Source of the DNA: Marsupella aquatica
Taxonomy: Eukaryota; Plantae; Marchantiophyta
Length of the DNA stretch: 64,000 nucleotides
NCBI GenBank assembly: GCA_973895155.1
Contig: OZ316896.1
Location: forward strand, 16,285,752 to 16,349,751
Direction: 5' to 3'
Made by a program: the position numbers and the translations under genes. Position 1 is the stretch's first letter; the number at the start of each line of letters is the position of its first letter. A model generated the notes under the pieces. The model had not been told where the DNA came from. It searched no databases and was given only the letters and a program-made list of their open reading frames with translations. Below are positions 11,523-22,655 of this stretch, piece after piece.

Positions 11523-14500
11523 TACATCCGGCTTGCCATTGATCCTCTCTAGCTTCCTTGGTCTGTCCTTCCGGTGCAGCCGAGCCGAGCTGAGGGAGAG
11601 CCCAAGCAATTGATCAACCATAAGGGACCCCAAAGAGTGCTGCTTCTTCTTCTTGGTATGTACCTCCTGCACATTGGCATGCAATTGTCTCTCCCGGCCT
11701 CGGCTCCCTCCGTCCTTCTGGTTCCCTAGCTTAATTGACAGCCGAGTCCTGCCTATGTACGTAATTCTATGCCTGGCGGTCTTCTCCTTCATACCGTCCT
11801 TTAAATGTTCTACTACGGTGTAAACTACTGCCTCCATGATCAAAAATCGGTACCTGAGCTCCAAGTCACTCACTACGAAGACAATGAACTTTTGAAATAT
11901 CCCCAAGAAATTGATCACCAAAGCCTTGGCCATGGGGATGACTACTTGGAAAGCGTACGTTGGCGTTCTTGGTGTACAACTTTCTAACAAAGGCGTGCGT
12001 AGCAGATTTCTTCTGCTCTCTCTCCTGACGTGGGCACCCAGTTCCTGCCTGCAGTGGACAGAGAAAACACAAAGGTTCACCGACTTAGACTCATGACGAT
12101 CACAGATGAGTCACCGTGGACCGGCTCGGGGAATGGATGGAATGGCCGCCCGGCATACCGGAGAACGCGGTACAGACACGGAGTTGGTTCTGCTCGTATG
12201 CGTGTGTCAACTACATTATTTTGCAGGAACGCACATGTATAGGAAATTGACCGTATGGGGTGGTTCGTTTGTCTAGGAGCCCCCCTTCAGTCTGACTAGC
12301 ATGATCTAAATAATAAGCTCCTCTAAAAAATTCAAGTGACAGGGCAGAACAAAAAATGAAAATGATCTCTATTCTCATGTCACATTGACATCAATAGACA
12401 ATGTTAACACAATGTTAATTTTCAAGATATTGAATTGGGGCTGCTAAACTTGAAGACATGAAGACACCCCGGGGCTGCTATACTTCAAGACATCAAGAAG
12501 CCCCTTTCAGTAAGCAAACTTAAGATTAATTCCTCGTGCACATCCCACTTGATGTCACCTGTGGACAGCCGCGTGTTCGTTGCCAGAATGGCAGTTTAGG
12601 TGCGAAGTGATTTAATTACACATTGAGTAGATTGGCGGCTCCTAGATAACCTTTGTTTACTAACACTTGGACTCGCGGAGGGAACATCACAATCATCCAA
12701 ACTTGCCACTAAAGTTCATGGCTGCCAGTTACTTCAGTAAATGAACTTCATCATTTCGACAAGTGTCTGGGAACATGTAGCTGCCTGGCTTGTTGCACAG
12801 TCAGAGTCCCTGCACCGATAATTGATTGTACACTAATCTCAACGAACCTTCTTCTCTTAAGGCGTGCGCATGAAGAACCTATTCTAATCTATATGTCATG
12901 CTGTGTACAAAAACGAACTTTATGGATTGAACGTGTCATTGCCAATAATCCTCTATTTTTCCTTCTTAATTTTTTAGTTTATCCTAAGACCAATTGATTC
13001 GTTCACATAGTCTGTCTAAATCGTTTTGTTTATTAGAGATGAAAATCCCTCTCCATTTCATCATCATTGTGCTTAGCCGCTTACTGTTGGTGAGTGAGGG
13101 GCAGCTTGATACTATTTCATCGACGACTTCGTGTCAGGAATGAAAGGAGTGGTGGTCTGATTGCACGTATGGTGAATTAGAAATCCAAGACATCGTACGT
13201 GCAGTCTCTGCAAGGGAATAATCCATCGGGAGGCTGGTCGATCTCAATCGTTGGCAGGTGAATCCACGGGCCATACTTGAGCAATGACAGTCGGAGATAA
13301 ATCCTGCGTCAAAGTTTCAAACCATACTGTGGAATGATGTCAAGCAGCACTCATTGGATGCGCGTATTATTCTCCAGGATTTCGCTGTAGTGGAAGGCGA
13401 CAGAAAGGGTGTCCGGCTCCAGTGGCAGCGGACCCACTTTACCAACACTACTTACGGACCGTGAAGCCACAGAGCGAGCGTACGCGTGACTTCGCACGGA
13501 AGAGGAGAAAAAAATACGTCGAAGAAATCCGGAAATCCGGGGCCAGCCGGTTTTGGCATGGGTTTGGTGTGCGAGCAAGCGAGCAAACTGGGGACAAGAG
13601 GGCTCGGCCTTTTTAGTCAGAAAGAGCAGCGATTCAGCGATCCTTCTGCGATAAAAGAGGGAGGAGAGACATATCATCATGTGCGACGAGTTTACACGAG
13701 TTTGAAAGTGAACAGACCACACTCATGGTACCGTACCTAACCGTGTACAACAAAAGGGGGGGGGGGCCTAGACGCGGCATGGCATGGCAAACACGGTGTG
13801 TTGTTCGAGACCATTCAATCGGAGTAAGCACTACTTCCTGCGGTCGATAAACTGTTAGGTCTATGCGCTGCTCCAGGGTTTGATGGATGTATGGAACGGT
13901 AGACCAGATTCAGGCTCAGGATAGTCGATCAGGCCGATCTTGCCTAACAAGTTTAATCTTGATCTATATCATATCTCTTCCAGCTCGACCTTCTTTGATT
14001 TCCAGGTTTGATGCTACCCTGCTCGGTCTATCCCATCGGCGTAAATGGAGTCGGGAATCTAGGGGCCCAGCACCGTCGCTGTGGAACACAAAGTTCCTAG
14101 CTTCAGGGTCTTTGAATTGTACGAGGACATGGTTGCTGGCCAATGGTGGCCAATAAGGACCTGATCGTCCCCGGCCCGGCAAGCTCCACTCCAATGCATG
14201 GCACGTCCGTTACCGTCTAGAGATTTTCGAACTAGTTCATATCAATACTTCGTACACACTTCTCGACACACTTCCAAGGAGTCCGAGGTACACTACAGAC
14301 TGTAGGGTATAATGCAGTAATGGGCTTGCGACATAATTATTATGATCTGTGAAACTCAACCGTAGGGCCTTTGCGGCGTCCTTGTTACAATAAAATAGCT
14401 GGCATGCCTTCTGCCACCCGAATCCAAAGTGGCATGAATGCAAGTAGAGGCCAAATCACCTCCAACCACTCATGATGACGATTTTCACCTCAACAGAGAA

Positions 14501-16844
14501 AAGCCCTGAGGTCTGAGGAACTGAGTGAACTTAGCTCACGATCAACGATCATGTCCATGTGCCTTCGATCTAATGCCCTTTTGCCCTGGTTACTCTAATG
14601 CAAGTCTACCCTTCGCCTAAGACAGTGTTCTCACCGCATGTGAACCACTACGCTTTCCGTGATCACCTTATCCCATGTCAGTTGAGCCACACTACGCAGT
14701 CTTGGGCTTGATCAAAGACTCAAAAGGTTGGTCAATGATGATTTAGTGACCTTGTGTACACGGGCAGCGCTCAATGACAGAGAATGCCGTTCCAGACGTT
14801 AAAGTTTCAGTAGTACGCGCATGATTGATACTAATATTGCTAATGTTACCGAGCGATCACCACATTTATTTTTCCGTGAGCAGCAATTCGATCTCGTCAC
14901 AAACTGATACAAATCAAGGCTACAGTACCCACTCAGAATGGACACGATCACCACCTAATATGGGCTTGAAACGTCCGAACTCGGATTGAAGAATTAATTG
15001 CGAACGTTGAGACATTCTATGGCGAAACCCTGTTAATACATGATTTACTTCTTCAGATCACATGCGAGGATCGAAAGTAACGTTGAAGAGGAGTGCGTTA
15101 GCAAAATTTGTGAACTAAGCCCCACCTGTACTACGATGTTCCAATAAGACCAGTGTAACGTACCTGTAGAGTCAAATTGAATGCACAGCGTGAAAGGCCG
15201 GAGGCCGCTAGGTGTGGAAGATACAAAGATTGATTACAGCAATTGCATGATCAATGGAGATAAAGCTTACTGTAAAAATGTGGGGCGCTTCCTTCATTCT
15301 TGTAGTACTACAGTTCTTGTAGTACTGCATTGCAAAATCACAAGAATGTACGAGTGTATCACTCACTGGGCGATTTGCCAGGCTCCTGATCCTCCTGGAG
15401 ACGGTGGTGGCACGAATTCTTAGTTAATTGTGGTACGGGCAAGGACCATACAGTAGTCGCTAGCCTGAGCGCTTTAGAGAGAGTGGCCTACCTAGCTGCC
15501 TACCTCGATGAGCTGCTGACCTGCTGAGGCCGAAGATACTCGGATTTTGGACCTCCACGAACTGCACGCGGTCATTCTAGACCGAGGTACTTTGAGCGAA
15601 GCGACGTAGTCTCAAAGCCAGAGAGATAGTTTAGTCCTTGTGTCGCATGAGCTTGAGAACTTAGAGAGTGCGGCGGTACTTCGAACACTGGCAGTCATGG
15701 GAGGAGCAAAATCCCCTCGGAGACTCGGAGTGATTCATGGACCTCTCGCGTCGTGCAAAGGACAATCGATCCCTTACACTAACTCTGAGATACCCTGTCT
15801 AAGGATCTAGAGCGAGTGGTCCCGGCCGGGCCGCCCGGTCACACCGCCAAAAAATCTCCAGCAATTCCATTCAATCAGTAATAAGACTACGAGGGTAACC
15901 TGTGACAAACTGCTCCTACGGAACATTGTAGTCTAGTTCAGATGTTATTAAATTCGATCCGCTCTCAATCTAGACAAGGCTCCGAACTTGATGCGCTAGG
16001 CCGGTACTTGATTACACTCAGGCCAGGCCCATTGATCTATCATGCCAGACCAATGCTGTCAGTAACGACCTCGGCTGGCTGGCAGGCTGGCGAGCTACTG
16101 CTCCCCTCGTCCTGTTGCTGCTCCTCACTACTCAAAATGATGATGAATCTGCGGATCCTCGATCACCTTTCCATGGTGGCGTTTTAAATTTTAAACGTAC
16201 CTTGATGTCAATGGAGTGGCCTTAAACGGTATTAAACTTTGAAGCAGTCGATCGTTGTGACAGTATCACAACTGTAGAATGAATGATGTAACCTTCAACA
16301 TGTTCTCAATTCTCAACTTCATAGATAAGTATATTGTTTTGCCTCGAAAAGCTTCATAGATAAGTATATTATTTTACATCAGAAGTGGTACCCCCGGTGG
16401 TACCTTCTGCAGGAGCACTCCTTATTCGCACCATCATTCTAAGGTGGCTGCAGTAACGAACTTGAAGGAACTAAAGTCGTGAAGGGCAGGATCGGAGCCC
16501 CTGCCAATGAATGACTCCGACACATTTGTGGCAGCTTCGACAAAATCATGATCTACAAGACGATCTTCTCCACCATCATCATTATACAGCTGAACCCAGA
16601 CTTGATGCGGCCATCGAAGTGGCATCGAAAGGGGCAAACCTTCAGGCTTCAACGGAGCTACCTGCAGGCATTGATGCAGTGTGTACGTAGCTGTGTAGCA
16701 GGCAGACAGCTAGCTGCACGTCCATCAATTCCATTAGCACACCCAATCCCATCCACCAGCTGGGCCAGAATAAAGAATGTTTGACTCGCCTTAGATATAC
16801 CGAGACCTATGGAGGATCTAGACTACCCCTCAGGCCTCAACTGT

Positions 16845-16942
16845 GAGCAACCGCAATTGAAATTCTCGAGCAACTGCAATTGAAATTCTCGAGCACCTGC
16901 AATTGAAAAAACCTCGAGCAACCGCAATTGGAAATCTCGAGA
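16845..16942. repeat. Minisatellite, 4 x ~23 bp
   Basis: Unit GAGCAAC(C/T)GCAATTGAAATTCTC repeated four times with few changes. Confidence 0.9.
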
Positions 16943-18294
16943 GCAGTTTGTTTTTTTTTAATAATATTTTTTAAGTTCTGGTGCAAGTACGGTAGGCGCC
17001 TTGGGCTTAACCTGAGGAGGGAGGGGTGATGACCTCATGAAACCAGCCGTTGGGGGAGGGGGCATATATCACACCCCCAGCCAGATTCTGGTTTGACTGA
17101 CCAAATGAGAAATTTGAACACACTTCTGGTTTTTGCACATGGTCCAAATCTAAAAAAACTCCTTCAATTTAATTTAGGGTTGAAGAGACCTAAACATGCT
17201 CCAGGTGATGTGGGGGGCTCCATAGCGAGACCCCCCAAGAGTGGATTTCACCTAAAGCTAAAGTTTTGAGTGTGGGTCTAACATATATTCTTGATCCAAT
17301 GATGTCCAAGACTAGTCCAGAAGCCGTTTCCTCCATACTTTCTCATGTAGGTCTCCATCCGGCTCCCTCTGACAGGGTGCAATGTGAAAGATATGCTTAG
17401 TAGACCCCCTTCTGGAAAAAGTTTGCTTAATCAACCCCCCTTGATACTTTTGTCCAATCTGGACCATCGATGGACCTTTCAATCTCAGATCTGGACCGTT
17501 GATAGACCTCAGGGGGTCAATCAAGTAAACAACTTTCATTTTAGGGGTTGATCAAGCAAATACCACTGACGGTGCAATGCAAAACAAGAGTCCTCACATT
17601 AAACACCTTTTGAGTGTCTCCCTGGCTTCCCATATCTAAAATATACCTCCCACTCTACAAGGCCCCCAAAGTGAGAAAAATGTAGATATCCATAAATAGC
17701 CACATATATAGAGGCTCAAATATAGTCCATATTAAATGGTGATATAATTATATATATGCTTGACTTTGATCGTGCCATGCCATGCACAATTTGAAGGTGT
17801 TATTGTGAACCCTACTTGTATTTGTGAGGTTTCCAAAGCAAAAATTTACTCAATTTTCTTGCACAAAAAGCTGTGAATACCAAGTTTTCCAGTGGAAGGT
17901 ATTCTAATAATGACTGGTTTACTACATACTTCTAAACTAGGGATTAAAGTTGAAATGTAGGGATATTATGATCTTCTTTAGCCAGTGAAGGTATCCATCA
18001 AAACGTGCAAGAATCACTTAAGACCTTCACTTCAGATCCTTAGAATATTTTATCCCAAACTAGTGCTATTTAGTTACAAGAGAGGCAAAGGATAACTTAA
18101 GCACTTAATTGTTTATTTGGGTTGAAGTAGAAAGGTATTAAACACCAGTTAAGAAATATCTGAAAGGAGATTTTCTCGATATTAGATTATTAAGAAACAT
18201 CGTAAGAAAGATCTTAAATATATATAGATTTTTATATAGTAGTAGATGTGTGAATAGGATAGTGCAGATTCATAGTTTTGTTATTTTTTAAATT

Positions 18295-19910
18295 ATACCA
18301 CAGCATCATCCCAAGGACAAGGATTTGGAATTCACTGCTTGCTACGTACTACGTTCTGAAAGATTGCCCCAGGTGGACAGCAGCTTAAGAAAGCAATTCC
18401 CCTTCTCTGACTAAAGTTCAATTATAAAAAAAGCTGAATATTTAACCCTTGATCTGACAATGGCAATGATTCAGGATTTGCTTTAATTCAAGAGACCCAT
18501 TGGGAACACAGGGGCAAAGGAGGCAGCCGAACGATTGAAGGTTCACAAGGATTCCTTCAAATTAGTAGCTCAAACTCACAAGGACATGGCAAAAATAAGT
18601 AGTGAGAATTTTAGAGAATCCAAGTTTGATGAACATGTTCAGTATGCCCACAGGACATCTCTATCCTGAGGAGAGGGTTTCTGGAGAATCTTGAGGTCAG
18701 AAGAAAGGGTGAGTTGAGGACGAGAAGGATGGATCACACTCCAAAAAAAGCAGGTTGACCAGGACCCGCCTTCCAATTGTAGTGCCTGTAAAGGGAGAAT
18801 TTGATGTAGAAATTGTACTATTAGCTTTTCAGGAATTTTCATAGAGTTTGTAAAGTCTTTTATATTTGCCATATATGATCAGATGTTGTATTCAAATTTT
18901 GCGTCCATGTTGGCACAATTAAGTGATTTGTGTAAACCAATTTCAAATTGATTGTTTCTCCAGTACACTTTCAATAGCCATCTTTCTTGATTCACAGTTC
19001 GATGGCGTTTCCCATTTTCAGAGATTGAAAAAGTAGAGCTGACATAGATTCAGACAATGATCTTGAATTGCAGGGATATGCAATTAAACCAAATTGAATA
19101 AATCAGCCATAGACAAATGCTTCTATTTGTATTATGCATACCCAGATTTGAGCTAGAAGTTTTCATCTCAGTAATTGAGAGTAACAAGCCGGTGAACTGA
19201 ACTGTGCTGAAAGTGTACATTGAGAGAAATCCCTAAACTCTAAATTCACCATTCCTCTGCCACTGATGTTCCACCAGGACAGATCTCAATTGGTAGTGCT
19301 GATTGCTTGATTCCAACCCTGCAATGGCTAGCAAGTAGTCTTGCCATGGCAATGAGCCTCTACTCAAAAGCAAGGCAGGGTCCTCAAGTAGAAAATACTC
19401 ATGCTCCTCCCCTCTTGCATCCTCTGTAAATATGATCATTTTGTGTAAAATTACACAAGTTATCAATTACTATCCTACTTGAGCTTGAAGAACACCAAAA
19501 GCTCTTTCAACATCCTTCCTACATACTTCTTGACATTTTGTATAGTGACATTTTTTCTCAGATTGTGACTGGTGAATGGCTATCACAAAGGAAGCCCATT
19601 TTGGATAACAGTTTTTAATTATATTGTCACTAAAGATGTTTAAATTTATAATGTTGTCACTGTTTTTTTCGTATTTACAAAAATGCCACGATTTCGATAT
19701 ATAGTTCCCCTAGTTACCTTGGTAAACTTGTTATCCGTATACAAAACAGTGGCATTTTTATAAATACAGAAAAAACAGTGATAGTATTGTGAATGAGAAC
19801 ATTTTTAGTGGCAAAGTAATCAAAAGCTGTTTTGGATAAATGCCATCAACAAGAAGGTAATGTCTTTTGTACTATGTCCCATTCACAACAATTTCAACTT
19901 GAACACTGTG
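18295..19910. mobile_element. Decayed PIF/Harbinger DNA transposon (remnants of both ORFs, convergent)
   Basis: Minus strand 19233-19910 translates VVNGT*YKRHYLLVDGIYPKWASFV...QEVCRKDVERAFGVLQAQ...ITCVILHKMII...HYQLRSVLVEHQW, which are PIF/Harbinger DDE transposase motifs with stops and deletions. Plus strand ~18300-18650 gives HPKDKDLEFTACY/YVLKDCPRW and KRPIGNTGAKE, resembling the NAM-associated region of the Myb/SANT ORF. Termini not found. Confidence 0.85.
19609..19829. mobile_element. 221-bp long-TIR MITE (Mutator-like by TIR length and TSD size) inserted in the Harbinger transposase
   Basis: Imperfect ~90-bp terminal inverted repeats (CAGTTTTTAATTATATTGTCACTAAAGATG... versus right-end reverse complement CAGCTTTTGATTACTTTGCCACTAAAAATG...). 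Flanking direct repeat TTTTGGATAA at 19599-19608 and 19830-19839. Removing the insert plus one copy restores DGIYPKWA. Confidence 0.9.
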
Positions 19911-22561
19911 GACCAAACAAGAAGTGTGAACACACATTTCCATAATTTCCCATGTCCAAAAAAGCTTCTAAAGCAAAATACGACTACAGATTGCACATTC
20001 CTCACAAATCCCTATCACCAAAACAAGAAAAAATGGGTTGAATGTGAATGTCAATGAGGGATAAGTAGTATCCCATTTGAAAATCCCATCCGGATTTCCC
20101 CAAAGCCCGCCCCAAAGCAAAACATTGAAGCCCAAGTAAACCCCTTGGGCCCCAACGTTCATAAATAAGGGGCTGGACATGCAAACAACATTCTGAAGGG
20201 TGAAATTTATTAAATCCCGATAAGGTTCTATAATTGAGTTCTAATTAACAACAGTAGGTTTTAATTATCCGACAAGTCAAACCCTTTATAACTAATTCAG
20301 GCAGATGTAAATGCAACAAACATTAATTTGCTGAAGGAGGCGTAATAGAGCGTGCCACACAGTATGAAGCAATTGGTCGACATGGCATATACTGACTGGA
20401 AACATGCATTTAGTACCTGGATTAGTTAGATATTCGGCTTTGCATAGGGTAGCCATATTATCATCTTTTAACATTCTTTTTCTACCTCCTTGATTTGATT
20501 TCCAAAGCGATTTAGATAAACTTGTAGCTTTTAAATTCCAACTCTCAATTTTCTGATGTACATAGCATGGTTGAGTGTGATTTAGATATTCAATTCCAAG
20601 TCTTCAACAATGGGAACAAATTGCTTATCATCTTTAAACACTTTCAAGAAATTACAATATGCAAAGAATATATTCAGCCTGGGATATATTCAGCCATAGT
20701 ATAGCAGCATCAAATTGCTCACTTATATATTTGAGATACAGAGAAGCATCAGGATACAATTCTTTGAGATGTGGCTCAATTTCTATGAAAAACACACTGT
20801 TCAGTAAAAGCTACAAATAAGATTGAATGAAAAGAATCCTAAGACTAATTATTTTGTTCATAATAGGTTCATTCGTTGCTAGAACTATCATGATTCACTA
20901 TAAGAGAAAATTAAGTCTTATAATATTTGAAGAAAACTAAAATATTAGTTGCTAGCTAAGGACAATGAATATCATTGTTTTTTAATTAACATTGACTAGT
21001 GAATCAAATTTATCTTCCGAAATATTAATTTGTGAAGCAATTATACTTAGGCTATTTTCTCTCAACATGACAAAAGTACTTACTCAGCTTGACCGGGAGA
21101 CAAGTGCTAGCATGATCCTTAATTATTGTAAGATCATTATGGGTGACTTCCTCTTCGTTTTGCAACATGGTAGTCTAGTCAAGTTTTGGGCCATCAATTT
21201 GCAGATGACCCATTACTTTATGAATTGCAAAACATTTTTAAGTCAGATAAGATCATAATGATTCAATTTAGTGTTCTTACTATGGGATTTACCATCACTT
21301 ATTGATATTGTGGAAGACCATCTTAAAGGAAGCAATCGTGAATGCATTGCAGCAAAGTAATGTGTTGTTTTATTTGCTCTGAAGATATGCACAATGAAAT
21401 TAGCACCTCAACATTAGAGAGCTCAGATATACTCCTGAATTTTATAGTGAGTACCAATTTTTTTTAAAGTGAAACACATATTTTGCCTCTATTTTTAGTT
21501 TAATTAATTCCTACTTTGTCAACTTTTCCCGGCCCAACTCTGGTCAAGCAAAGAAATCTGTTTAGCTTGGAATGATCCTATGGTCAACATCGATATTGCC
21601 AGTTTTTTCATTGTTAGATGGTTGTCAACATCCTCAAATCAACCTCAACAGTCACCCCTCCCGCCCTTAACTGGCCAGAGGGGACAGGAAAGTGGGGTAG
21701 CCAACCAGGAGGGTACGGAGTGAGTTGGGGCAGGAGCAAAGTAAGAGGCCCAACCCAACGTCAAGGAGGAAAAGTTAGGGTGTTGTGGGTAGAGATGAGG
21801 ATATGATATGGATGATCATCCTATGACAACCTCGCTGGCTGAATGTTGACTGTGGAATTATTTTTAGAGTATTTAGTAGACAAAATTCAAAGAGTGGCTG
21901 AAATGTAAAGAATCTTGGTACTAGAAAAAAACTATTAGGATAATGAAATTCATAGGAGTAGTTTTTCATCAGTGTATCAACCACTATAATGTCCAATCCT
22001 GCCAAAGGGAACATGGACCGATTACAGACCAACTTAATTTTGGTGGAAATTTGATTATGATAGTCTCAACATAATTTTATTATTTATGGGGTCTCAAATA
22101 TAGCCCACAGGCAATCTCACAGCAGTCTGGGTTTAGGTTAGGAAAGACACAGCCAAAAAAATGTGAGCTCCCTGAGCCTAGCCAGCACACTTGTGTTGTG
22201 TGGAATTTTTACCTTCACTTGATGGCTACCCCACCCCACCCCCCCATGGCATGGTTGCTACGGGGTAGGAAAAATGAACTCCAGCCAAAGCAGACATGAC
22301 AATGTGGTAGCTCATAGGTCTTGGGTTCAAAGGTTATTGCCTCCCTTTCCTTCAGAAAATGAAAAAAAAAACCCTCCAAAAGTCCCTGTACTAGTTGAAC
22401 TCACCTGCGGGCCACAGTACCTGCACTCGCCTATCGCAAGGAAGAGAAAAAAGGGTCTGTCTTTGAGACTCCCTGTTGTGTCTCTTTCTTGGGCCATGAC
22501 ATTATCTGAGAATGGGGCAGACTATAAAGTGATGTAGATTTTTAGGGATATTGCTATAGGT

Positions 22562-22655
22562 GCCCAAGGAATGCAAGTATAGGGAGTACATCCGGTAGTG
22601 GGGTGTAGAGCCCAAGGAATGGAGGTATAGGGAGTACATCTGGTAGAGCGGTACA
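22562..22655. repeat. Two-copy 48-bp tandem duplication; a C20 homopolymer follows at 22718-22737
   Basis: GCCCAAGGAATG.A.GTATAGGGAGTACATC.GGTAG starts at 22562 and again at 22610. Confidence 0.85.

Noticed and set aside
11481-12080. 199-aa minus-strand ORF
   Set aside because: Non-ATG start, no recognisable domain, runs through a microsatellite, and the promoter and splice cues point to the + strand.
16171-16180. GCCACCATGG Kozak-like context on the minus strand
   Set aside because: The ORF is only Met-Glu-Arg-stop, and this is the vertebrate rather than the plant consensus.
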